Assembly (NCBI GenBank): GCA_964648855.1
Contig: CAZYLT010000005.1
Span: 1 to 32,000, forward strand
Origin: an uncultured archaeon
GTDB lineage: Archaea; Asgardarchaeota; Thorarchaeia; Thorarchaeales; Thorarchaeaceae
Direction: 5' to 3'
Length of the DNA: 32,000 nucleotides
In this document: one piece after another, positions 1 through 8,299 of the stretch
Position numbering within the stretch: position 1 is the stretch's first letter
Layout of the letters: every line of letters starts with the position of its first letter
Notes under the pieces: model-generated
What the model saw: the letters and a program-made list of their open reading frames with translations, nothing else
What the model was told of the DNA's origin: nothing
Database searches by the model: none
Program-made: the position numbers and the translations under genes

Positions 1-31
1 GCTCGGGGGCCATCCTCTCAAAGAGTGTCAT
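1..31 (-). CDS. 5' end of a gene running off the window (MTLFERMAPE...)
   Basis: ATG at 31..29 on the minus strand preceded by a strong SD (GGAGGAGAGAGA-ATG); frame open to the window edge. Only 10 codons visible. Confidence 0.55.
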   Translation of the reverse strand, partial: MTLFERMAPE

Positions 32-366
32 TCTCTCTCCTCCTTCCAACGTTCTCCGGCCCCCGATCACGATTTTGTTATTATCGCATTATGACCAAAT
101 CATGCTCTTTATTCTAAGGTTATTTTGAATTCGGTTTCTACACACAGCATCCTGGACCTACAACGACTAACCTTATATTAAATAATATGAAGTAATATTA
201 TGTACGAGCTCACAGGAATCCGCTACAGTATCTCTCTCAGATTCATTAGTTGAAAGCACCGGCAAATGCTTAACCTGTGAGCTCCTACTTACTCTCCGGT
301 TTTTGCGTCGTTTTCCAGCAAATGTTAAAAGGAAGGTAAAGCTCCCGCAAACCAGAGGAATACGAT

Positions 367-702
367 TTGTCAGGTGCCAGAAAAGCAGTAGATAGTACCA
401 TTCGAAGAATTCTCGTTTACACCGCGGAAATCATAGCGTCAATTATTCTGCTCATCATTATTTGTCTGCCACTAGCATTTGTGGTTCCCATGTGGATTCA
501 ACAGGTGATTTTTGGCACTCCCACAGCCCAATTGTTTGTAAATCCTGTTGCCTGGTTCGGCCCAGCTGGTGCTGTGTTGATCACCTTGGGACTTGGCTGC
601 ATATCTTCTGTACTTGGATATCTGTATGTTTCAAGACTCCTTTTGACGAGCGATACGACCTCTTCAGGAACCGAAGCGACAATCGTCGATGAAGCCGAAT
701 AG
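367..702 (+). CDS. Small integral membrane protein (2 TM), unknown function
   Basis: 111-aa ORF with TTG start after GAGGA; two long hydrophobic segments and an acidic tail. Confidence 0.7.
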   Translation: MSGARKAVDSTIRRILVYTAEIIASIILLIIICLPLAFVVPMWIQQVIFGTPTAQLFVNPVAWFGPAGAVLITLGLGCISSVLGYLYVSRLLLTSDTTSSGTEATIVDEAE

Positions 703-1024
703 AGCCGTACTGCGCTACAAATATCGGAACAAGTCAGAGCCCTCCCTTAGGGGTTCAATTCATCTGGCTGACTATGGATTTTGTATCTTACTCATATTTG
801 ACTGAGATTTGTTAGTGAATCCCCTTCCGAGAAACCGAAGCTCTGGTGCGAGAAGGTATGCAATCGAAACAGTTACCACTAATTCGCTCAAATTAACCAA
901 TAGCCCTAGATGTACGTGCTGAATAAATTCATCTCCTGGCTATTCTAATAGCAACATATCACATAAAGTTGGTCGTTCACTTGAGAGGCTAAGTTGAATT
1001 GCTGCAGGCTTCATTAATTTGTCA

Positions 1025-1837
1025 CTAAGCTCGGATTTTCTCCTTTAGCTTGGTTACAATCTCTTCAAATCTCTTTGCAGCCAAAGCATCCGGTTCCTGA
1101 ATAACAAATGGAGTCCCTCTATCACTTGCTGTTGTGACTCTGGGATCTAGAGGGAGTGATCCAAGATAGTCAACTTCATATCTTTCACTTGCCTCTTTCG
1201 CCGCCCCGCCACCAAAGATTTTGTACGAACTTCCACATTCAGGACAGACGAATTCACTCATATTCTCGATGATTCCCAAGACAGGAACGCCCATTTTATT
1301 CACCAGTTGAATTGCCCGCCTTGCATCCTGAACAGCGACTTCCTGCGGAGTAGACACAATAACCACTCCATCAATGTCAGGAATGGACTGAAGGATACTG
1401 AGAATTTCATCACCCGTGCCTGGGGGCAAATCAGCCACCAGCAAGTCTAGTTTTCCCCATTTCACATCTGATAGAAACTGACTAATCGCTCTTGCGACAA
1501 GAGGACCTCTCCATGCAACTGCATCATCTTCGTTTCTTAGTAGAAAACCCATGCTCATGACCTTGACTCCGAGCGGCCCTTCAATTGGATGAATCTTATT
1601 CTCTTCTGCAACAGGATGCTGTCCTTCTAACCCAAGTAGCTTCGGTACGTTCGGACCGTAGATATCAACATCGACTAAGCCTGTAGATAATCCCTGTTTT
1701 GAAAACGACATCGCTAAGTTAGTGGCCACAGTTGTCTTTCCGACACCGCCTTTACCAGAAAGAACTACAATCTTATGTTTCACATCTTTCATTGCTTCTT
1801 GGATTTCTTCAGGAATTTCGAGCTTTGGCTGTGACAT
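1025..1837 (-). CDS. mrp: Mrp/NBP35/ApbC family Fe-S cluster carrier ATPase
   Basis: Deviant Walker A GKGGVGKT, DVDIYGP, WRGP, DLPPGTGD, ENMS..CPEC motifs; SD GAGGT at 1845-1849. Confidence 0.95.
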   Translation of the reverse strand: MSQPKLEIPEEIQEAMKDVKHKIVVLSGKGGVGKTTVATNLAMSFSKQGLSTGLVDVDIYGPNVPKLLGLEGQHPVAEENKIHPIEGPLGVKVMSMGFLLRNEDDAVAWRGPLVARAISQFLSDVKWGKLDLLVADLPPGTGDEILSILQSIPDIDGVVIVSTPQEVAVQDARRAIQLVNKMGVPVLGIIENMSEFVCPECGSSYKIFGGGAAKEASERYEVDYLGSLPLDPRVTTASDRGTPFVIQEPDALAAKRFEEIVTKLKEKIRA

Positions 1838-1872
1838 GAATGCAACCTCTAGTTTTGAGGAATTCAGATGGG

Positions 1873-1880
1873 TTATAAAA
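1873..1880 (-). promoter_or_regulatory. Putative TATA box for mrp
   Basis: TTTTATAA on the minus strand ~35 nt upstream of the start codon. Confidence 0.5.
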
Positions 1881-1908
1881 TGTTAGATGCAACTAAGTTT
1901 TGGTTCGG

Positions 1909-2721
1909 TTACTCACAGTGAAATCCTCTTAGAATCGTTTCAGCCAATTCTTTTGTATTTGCAGCGATGAAACTCATCCTGTGGTCCAAATCCAGTGGAA
2001 TCTCAAAGGAATCACCCGATTCATCAATTACGACTCCTCCCGCCTCCAAAACCATATGTGTACCAGACACATGGACTACAGGGAGTATACTTCGCATATC
2101 AACCATTGCTTCGAGTTTTCCAGCGGCTGTCCAGCAGAGGTCTAGAAGATTAGCTCCCGTTCTTCTCATATCATATACTTGCTGTAGTGCCCCTAATGAT
2201 GCTGGCCCGAAATCCGATTTCAGAGCCTTCTTTGTATCATAGGATATAATCACCCTTTCAGGAAGTTTTCTTGAGGATGGTCGGACTGGCTTATCGTTCA
2301 ATCTTGCTCCCTTGTCAGCAACTGCCACGTATTCTTCCTCACTGAAAATTGAGGTTATTACACTAAGTTCGACATCAGAGCTCGTCAAACGACCATTGAA
2401 TGGCGCTATGCTAATTCCAACTGCACAAAGAGGAATCCCTCTCGATAAGTTGGTTGATCCATCTATGGGGTCAATTATTGCAACATATTCTGGATTTTCC
2501 GAAATGTCGATTTCTCCAACCTCCTCTGTTAGGATTGTGAAGTCGTATTTTGAGTCCCGAAGAACCTCAATTATCATGTCTTCTGCTTGTTTATCAAGAA
2601 GCAAAGTCGCATCACCGAACGGATTCTCTTCCCCCGTCAATTCGGAAGCATTCTCCAAATTGTCAAGAACTAGTTTTCTAGCATTCTTTGCTGCTTCTTT
2701 GGCAATATCAAGCAAGGACAT
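1909..2721 (-). CDS. Inositol monophosphatase / FBPase family (archaeal IMPase-FBPase-like)
   Basis: TEE and DPIDGSTN metal-binding motifs, RRTG..LDL, EAGG. Confidence 0.88.
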   Translation of the reverse strand: MSLLDIAKEAAKNARKLVLDNLENASELTGEENPFGDATLLLDKQAEDMIIEVLRDSKYDFTILTEEVGEIDISENPEYVAIIDPIDGSTNLSRGIPLCAVGISIAPFNGRLTSSDVELSVITSIFSEEEYVAVADKGARLNDKPVRPSSRKLPERVIISYDTKKALKSDFGPASLGALQQVYDMRRTGANLLDLCWTAAGKLEAMVDMRSILPVVHVSGTHMVLEAGGVVIDESGDSFEIPLDLDHRMSFIAANTKELAETILRGFHCE

Positions 2722-2785
2722 TCTAATTCAACTCTCCAAAGAGCTGAAATATGCTTCCCTATGATATTAGTTTCTCTTACAATTC

Positions 2786-2793
2786 TTTAAATA
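2786..2793 (+). promoter_or_regulatory. Putative TATA box for the ESCRT-III gene
   Basis: TTTAAATA in the divergent intergenic region, 46 nt upstream of ATG 2840. Confidence 0.45.
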
Positions 2794-2839
2794 CGTGAGA
2801 ATATGACATCCTCATGTATGGGCTGGTGCGGTATAACCA

Positions 2840-3490
2840 ATGGGTTTCTTAAGTGGTAAGAAGAAGGTTGATGCAGAACGTGGTATCTTAGAAATAAAGG
2901 GCAGTATGAATGCCTTGACTCTGAGGATACGACGCTTAGAAACCAGAATGGCCGAAGAGCGGAAGAAGGCCAAGGACGCTATGGAAAATGGCAACCGCTC
3001 TGGCGCTCGTTCTCATCTATCTATTGTAGTTGACTTAGAGAATAGAAGAAACCGCTATCAACAACAATTTCTAACATTGGAGACAGCACTTCTAAATCTT
3101 GAAGAAGCCAAAGACCAAGCTGAGGTTCTCCGTGCCTTCAAAATTGCAAATCAGGCCCTTCAGTCTGCAAGAAAGATGCTAAGTCCGACTGAAATACAAC
3201 AGCAACTGGACAAGCTGTCCGATTCCTTTGAGCATATCTCGATTGCAGGTGAACTGTTGTCAGAAGATATCTCAACATCTGGGACTTCGCTCGAATCTGA
3301 TGAGCGGATCGAGAAACAACTTGAGGAGATGGAGGCAGAGGTTCTTCTAGAGAAAGAAGGCGTTTTACCCCCGTTAGAAGAGCAAAAAGAGAAATCAGAA
3401 AGGGAAAAGGTAACCGAAGAGAAAAGAATCGATGAATTGCTAGCTAATCTCGAAGAAGAAGCCAAGAAAGAGCGAGAAGCCGAGAGCTGA
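2840..3490 (+). CDS. ESCRT-III subunit, Snf7 (Vps20/32/60-like) family
   Basis: N-terminal MGFLSGKKK anchor-like segment; basic helical hairpin (AKDAMENGNRSGARSHL...), LE.A....EVL.A...AN.AL pattern, acidic C-terminal half with LPP motif and terminal helix. Confidence 0.85.
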   Translation: MGFLSGKKKVDAERGILEIKGSMNALTLRIRRLETRMAEERKKAKDAMENGNRSGARSHLSIVVDLENRRNRYQQQFLTLETALLNLEEAKDQAEVLRAFKIANQALQSARKMLSPTEIQQQLDKLSDSFEHISIAGELLSEDISTSGTSLESDERIEKQLEEMEAEVLLEKEGVLPPLEEQKEKSEREKVTEEKRIDELLANLEEEAKKEREAES

Positions 3491-3518
3491 GCATAAACTA
3501 GATAATGGAGAGTCCTTC

Positions 3519-4157
3519 ATGCCCATACGCTTGGTTGTATTTGATTTAGATGGCACCCTAACAACTCATGCCAGCTCGTGGTGGCGGCTTCATGAAGTAT
3601 TTGGCACCAATGAAGAGGGACAAGAATACTACGATCGGTACTTTGCAGGTGAAATCAACTATCAGCAGTGGGCTGACTTAGATGCTGGCCTTTGGAAGGG
3701 AAAACCCTTGGCAGAAGTTGAACGGATTGCTGATGAAACTCAGCTGGTCCCTGGAGCCCGAGAAACAATTCAGGAACTAAAGAGAAATTCTATCGATGTG
3801 GCTGTTCTTTCAGGAGGCATCGATTTATTGGCCAATAGAATAGCTGAGCGTCTAGCAATTGACTACGTTATGGTAAACAAGATCCACCACGAAGATGGTA
3901 ACCTAACTGGAGAAGTTGATGTTATCGTTGGCTGGGGTGGAAAGGCAGAAGAGCTGAAACAAGTCTTCAATGATTTCGGCGTTGCTCCTAAAGAAACTGC
4001 ATTTGTAGGAGATGGCAAGAATGACATCAGTGCCTTCTCAGTTGTGGGTCTCTCTATTGCATTCAATCCGGAACACGAAGAAGTGGCAAAAGCAGCTGAT
4101 GTAGTTGTGCCTGGAAATGATTTGAGAGCGATACTCAGATATATTCTTGAGAATTAG
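3519..4157 (+). CDS. serB: HAD-IB phosphoserine phosphatase-like hydrolase
   Basis: FDLDGTL motif I, LSGG motif II, K and GDGKND motifs III/IV. Substrate not certain. Confidence 0.8.
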   Translation: MPIRLVVFDLDGTLTTHASSWWRLHEVFGTNEEGQEYYDRYFAGEINYQQWADLDAGLWKGKPLAEVERIADETQLVPGARETIQELKRNSIDVAVLSGGIDLLANRIAERLAIDYVMVNKIHHEDGNLTGEVDVIVGWGGKAEELKQVFNDFGVAPKETAFVGDGKNDISAFSVVGLSIAFNPEHEEVAKAADVVVPGNDLRAILRYILEN

Positions 4158-4209
4158 TCCTTGAGTTCATTTAGATATTCTCAATCGCGATGGCTTAATC
4201 CTCCATTGC

Positions 4210-5361
4210 TCAAGTATATCGCATACCGGAGCCAGTATTCAACACGACAATTTCTTCATCATAGTCCACAATACTACTCTCAACCAAGTTCCTCAGCCCT
4301 GAAAACCCTACAGCGGCTTCCGGACATATGTCAATTCCTTCAATTCTAGGGACTAGTCTCAGCATTGGTTTAATCTCTGCCTCAGCTACTGCAACTGCTC
4401 CGCCGTTCGACTCCTTGATAATCCTCATTATCAGTCTATCTGCAAAAGGGGATGGAACTCTCAGTCCGAAGGCAGAGGTTTTTGCGTCAGTCCATGGTTC
4501 TATGTTCCCCGAATTCTTTTCATATGCCCTTACTATCGGTGCACAACCTTCACTTTGTGCAGCAAATATTCGTGGTGTCTTGCGTTCGATCAATCCGACT
4601 TGCTTCAATTCCTCAATACCTTTCCATATTCCAAGCATTGCTGTCCCTCCACCAGTAGGGCAAACAATGACATCCGGCATATTCCAATCCAACTGTTCTC
4701 CAATCTCAAATGCTAGTGTCTTTTTCCCTTCCACACGGAACGGCTCTTTGGTAGTGGAGAGATTTGTCCAATCCTCTCCAGCCCTTGCCATCGCCTCTCC
4801 ACAATCTGAAATATTGCCATCGATTTCGTGAATTTTCCCTCCATACATCTTACACCCTTCAAAGAAAGGCTTAGGCGTGTCCTTTGGTAGGAAGATATCT
4901 GTTTCTGCATTTCCTGCTGCGGAGTATGCACATGCCGAAACTGCTGCGTTTCCAGCTGAAGGCAACGCGAATTTTGTGGATCCAAGCTCTAGATGTTTTG
5001 ATATTGCAACAGACATACCCCTGTCTTTGAAACTAAGTGTTGGATTTCTAGCCTCGTCTTTGATTCTAAGATTCTGAAGCCCCAGATGCTTTCCAAGTCT
5101 ATTTGCAAACAAGAGAGGTGTCCAGCCTTCTCCTAAGCTGGTTATGCTTGACGGTGATCCAACAGGAAGTAAATCAGCATACCGCCACAAAGAGTTCTCA
5201 TTGGATGGAAACTGATCAGCCTGAGCAGCTTCTACAACCAGTTTCATGTTATATCTTGCAAAAAGAGGTGACCCACATACGCAATATGAAACATCTCTCC
5301 GTATGGAATGATTTCTACCACATGCGGGACATTCAAGATGAGTCAGTCGTGTAAACACCAA
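4210..5361 (-). CDS. thrC: Threonine synthase (PLP fold II)
   Basis: N-terminal CxxC..CxC, LGEGWTPL, NPTLSFKDRG (PLP Lys), SAGNA, EGKKT, PTGGG, NTGSG. Confidence 0.88.
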   Translation of the reverse strand: MVFTRLTHLECPACGRNHSIRRDVSYCVCGSPLFARYNMKLVVEAAQADQFPSNENSLWRYADLLPVGSPSSITSLGEGWTPLLFANRLGKHLGLQNLRIKDEARNPTLSFKDRGMSVAISKHLELGSTKFALPSAGNAAVSACAYSAAGNAETDIFLPKDTPKPFFEGCKMYGGKIHEIDGNISDCGEAMARAGEDWTNLSTTKEPFRVEGKKTLAFEIGEQLDWNMPDVIVCPTGGGTAMLGIWKGIEELKQVGLIERKTPRIFAAQSEGCAPIVRAYEKNSGNIEPWTDAKTSAFGLRVPSPFADRLIMRIIKESNGGAVAVAEAEIKPMLRLVPRIEGIDICPEAAVGFSGLRNLVESSIVDYDEEIVVLNTGSGMRYT

Positions 5362-5411
5362 ATAACCCCATCTTTACTTCTATCCTCAGTGTTATATGTG
5401 TCTGTGCTTTT

Positions 5412-6626
5412 TTGAATTTGGAGGCATTAGAACTGGAAACCGGTGAAAGGGTGGTCTTACCATTCACTGCATTGGTTGGCCTAGAGCGCCTGAAGTTGGC
5501 CCTATTGTTAAATGGGGTCAATCCAAGGATTGGTGGCGTTCTGGTTTCCGGTCCTAAGGGGACAGGAAAAACTACTATCGTCAGGGCATTTGCCGACCTT
5601 CTACCTGAGGTGGAAGTGGTGCAGGGTTGTCGTTTCGGCTGCAATCCGAACAATCGTGATGCGCTCTGCGCTGAATGCCGCGCACGATCGGAGAGTGGCG
5701 AGGAATTAGAAACCACAACGCGGAAGATGAGGGTAGTGAATCTCCCTCTATCGACTACAGAAGACCGCCTTGTGGGTTCGCTTGATATCGAAAAAGTCTT
5801 ACAGGAGGGAATTCAAGCTCTAAAACCTGGAATTCTCGCGGAAGCACATCAAAACGTTCTGTATGTTGATGAAGTAAATCTTCTTCCTGACCACCTAGTT
5901 GATGACCTTCTTGATGCAGCGGCCACAAAGGTGAATGTGATAGAACGTGAAGGCATCTCAATCTCACATGCTTCTGATTTTGTTCTAATGGGGTCGATGA
6001 ATCCCGAAGAGGGAGAATTGCGTCCTCAGCTTCTAGATAGATTTCCTCTTCATGTATCAGTTGGAGGAAACCATAGTATTGGAGAGCGAATGGAACTGGT
6101 AAGACGAAATCTGGCGTTTGAAAAAGACCCTGATGCCTTTTCAAAGAGATGGTCAGAAGAGCAAAACAAGTTAAGAAACAAAATTATTCAGGCAAGAGGA
6201 CTACTGGACTCGATATTCTTACCTGATGCCAAATTAAGAGCCATTGCAATGGCCTGCGATGCATTAGAAGTAGACGGTGTTCGTCCAGATATCATTATCA
6301 GCAAAGCTGCAATTTCCTTGGCAGCATTTTATGGGAGAGAAGAAGTAAGTCTTGAGGACATGAAATTAGCCTCTCAGCTGGCACTAAGCCATCGTACCAG
6401 ACGTGGTGGTCTCTTAGAACCACCTTCAGCTTCAGAGATTGACGAATCCATATCGAGGGCGCATGCAGTCGCCAAGAAAACGGGCAAGAGAAAATCACCT
6501 ACAGAAATGACTGAGGAATCAGAAGACAAATCCGGGCCCAGGATGAGTGGTGGCAAATTCGGTCGTCAGTCAACAGTTGCGGAAACTGATATGGCAAACG
6601 GCAAAAAAAAACTCCGAAGAAAATAA
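5412..6626 (+). CDS. ChlI/BchI-like chelatase AAA+ ATPase (0-frame product; N-terminal part of a frameshifted chlD-like gene)
   Basis: Walker A GPKGTGKT, TEDRLVGSLD, Walker B LYVDEVNLL, MNPEEGELRPQLLDRF, Cys cluster, L.HR.R.; ends 15 nt after an A9 tract. Confidence 0.92.
   Translation: MNLEALELETGERVVLPFTALVGLERLKLALLLNGVNPRIGGVLVSGPKGTGKTTIVRAFADLLPEVEVVQGCRFGCNPNNRDALCAECRARSESGEELETTTRKMRVVNLPLSTTEDRLVGSLDIEKVLQEGIQALKPGILAEAHQNVLYVDEVNLLPDHLVDDLLDAAATKVNVIEREGISISHASDFVLMGSMNPEEGELRPQLLDRFPLHVSVGGNHSIGERMELVRRNLAFEKDPDAFSKRWSEEQNKLRNKIIQARGLLDSIFLPDAKLRAIAMACDALEVDGVRPDIIISKAAISLAAFYGREEVSLEDMKLASQLALSHRTRRGGLLEPPSASEIDESISRAHAVAKKTGKRKSPTEMTEESEDKSGPRMSGGKFGRQSTVAETDMANGKKKLRRK
6603..6611 (+). 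other. Candidate programmed -1 frameshift / transcriptional slippage site (A9; GGC AAA AAA AAA CTC)
   Basis: The -1 frame is open from 6590 (after TGA 6587-6589) to 8086, and the 0 frame ends at TAA 6624-6626. The A9 run sits inside this 37-nt overlap and contains the heptamer A_AAA_AAA. Confidence 0.7.
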
Positions 6627-8086
6627 GAAATCCAAGAGCCAATCCTATCAAAGGAACGATTCTCGCAATAATGATGATAGTAGTTTTCTCATATTTTGCT
6701 TGGGTGGCTTTTAGCCCCATCAATTTCCTGTTTGGGATTTCCCCTGGAACATTTCCCCCCGCTCCATTGATTATCATAAACTCCATTCTATACATCCCTC
6801 TTATTTTCCTCTTGATTCGACGATGGCTTCGAACAATGATGAATAGAAAAGGTGGACCTGCAGCTGGAATTGATACTGTAGAACCCGGCAAGGCAGTGCC
6901 AGAACCCGGCGATGAGTGGGGGACAGCAACGAGACCATATGAGGCAAAAGCGGAGTCTAAGGTCACCGGATCTAAATCTGATATACGTGAAACTCCTCTT
7001 GCACTAGACGATGGATTCTTCGTTAAGACCCCCGATATGGATTCCGGGCAGCCTCTCTTTGATCCTGAGAAGCTAAAGGCTCGAGCGATGGTAAAATCGA
7101 AGGTGTCATCAGGTGGATGGAGTGACAAACGGGTCAGATCAAGAGCCACAGGGAGTCTAAGGGCATCTGAAACCGAGAAACATGGACGCCCAACTAGATC
7201 ACGCAGACCCCACCGCGATCTATCAAACATTCATCTCCCCTCCACATTGTTGGCAGCTGCAATTCGCGAAGGCAAAAATAGAGAGGGTAAAGGCATTTCC
7301 ATTAAGGCTGAAGACATCAGGGAAACCGTATTTACTGGAAAGACTCCTCTGACCGTCATACTCGTTATCGACGTGAGTCTCTCGATGAAGAGAAGCATGT
7401 CAGAAGTTCGCAAATTGGTTGAAAGAATCGAAAGAGAAACAAGGGGCTCAAAGGACCGAGTTGGGATTATTGCCTTCAAAGACAGTGGAGCCATAGAGAT
7501 TCAAGCACCGACAACCAACTGGAATAAGGTCTATCGGTCGCTTGCTAAGCTGCGCATTTCTGGTCTAACACCGCTGGCCGATGGTTTGGTGAAATCACTA
7601 GAAACAATAAAGCGCGAACGAATGAGAAACGACCTAATGGAGCCATTGGTCATAGTCATCTCAGACTTCAATCCGAATATTCCGTTGGCTCAGTCCGCTG
7701 GACCTGGGCATGAAAGATATACACCCATTAGAGACTTGGTGCGCGCTTCACGGATTCTTAGGAAGCAAAAAGTACGAGTTGCGACAGTAAGTGTTGATTA
7801 TGACCAAGCCAATTTCTCAAAATTTCTAAAAAGGCCATTTCACGATGCAATGGAGCTTGCAGCTCTCCTTAGGATGAAAAAAGACGGATATAACGATGTC
7901 ATGGAAACTATTCTATCAGTTCCCGCTTTCCGAAAAACATTCGGTGCGTATATTATTGCACGGGCCAGTGGTGGACACGCCTTTCTCTCCAGGGAACTCA
8001 TTAAAGCTGAATCCGTGATTGGTGCTATTCTAGCTGCAATCGAATCTAAGACAAGAATGAGCGTTACCAATCTTCGTGAGGCATAA
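6611..8086 (+). CDS. ChlD-like linker + vWA (MIDAS) domain with two N-terminal TM helices; -1 frame continuation of the AAA gene (first ATG at 6671)
   Basis: IHLPSTLLAAA..DIRE ChlD linker motif, VIDVSLSM (DxSxS), DRVGIIAF, GLTPLADGL, VISD. Hydrophobic TM1 begins upstream of the first ATG (GTILAI-MMIVVF), and there is no well-spaced SD for ATG 6671. Confidence 0.85.
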   Translation, partial: TPKKIRNPRANPIKGTILAIMMIVVFSYFAWVAFSPINFLFGISPGTFPPAPLIIINSILYIPLIFLLIRRWLRTMMNRKGGPAAGIDTVEPGKAVPEPGDEWGTATRPYEAKAESKVTGSKSDIRETPLALDDGFFVKTPDMDSGQPLFDPEKLKARAMVKSKVSSGGWSDKRVRSRATGSLRASETEKHGRPTRSRRPHRDLSNIHLPSTLLAAAIREGKNREGKGISIKAEDIRETVFTGKTPLTVILVIDVSLSMKRSMSEVRKLVERIERETRGSKDRVGIIAFKDSGAIEIQAPTTNWNKVYRSLAKLRISGLTPLADGLVKSLETIKRERMRNDLMEPLVIVISDFNPNIPLAQSAGPGHERYTPIRDLVRASRILRKQKVRVATVSVDYDQANFSKFLKRPFHDAMELAALLRMKKDGYNDVMETILSVPAFRKTFGAYIIARASGGHAFLSRELIKAESVIGAILAAIESKTRMSVTNLREA

Positions 8087-8152
8087 TCCTATCTGCAGAA
8101 ATGATATCTACAGCCAATCTGAATAATGCCGTCTCGATTAGATTATTAGCAA

Positions 8153-8290
8153 CCCCGTAGAGCGATATCTGCATACGGAATCCCACATTTCCTGATGTCG
8201 TAGTGAGTGTTGAGAGCCCTGAACAGGGTATTCGATGAAATCACTTTTCATACGTCAGGAACAGGGCCCGTATGCACTACTTGCACGGGG
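8153..8290 (+). ncRNA. Candidate structured ncRNA: long rod-like hairpin with H/ACA-like core (K-turn + ACA)
   Basis: Nested pairings 8153-58/8285-90, 8162-65/8281-84, 8170-78/8268-76, 8182-84/8264-66, 8189-98/8252-61, 8202-06/8241-45, 8217-20/8225-28 with GAAC loop. Several G-U pairs work only on the + strand. ACA at 8261-63. Confidence 0.55.
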
Positions 8291-8299
8291 ACTGATTGA

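Noticed and set aside
6499-7230. 243-aa antisense ORF over the frameshift/TM region
   Set aside because: Shadow of the + strand coding frame with no recognisable motifs or expression signals.
8153-8290. Bulge-helix-bulge splicing motif at the base of the rod (AGA bulge + 4-bp GCGA/UUGC helix)
   Set aside because: The bulge lies 5' of the central helix and there is no matching 3-nt bulge on the opposite strand, so the geometry is not canonical BHB.
8153-8290. SRP RNA or TPP/cobalamin riboswitch
   Set aside because: No helix-8 GGAA/SRP54 loop, and the riboswitch consensus elements are absent or out of order.
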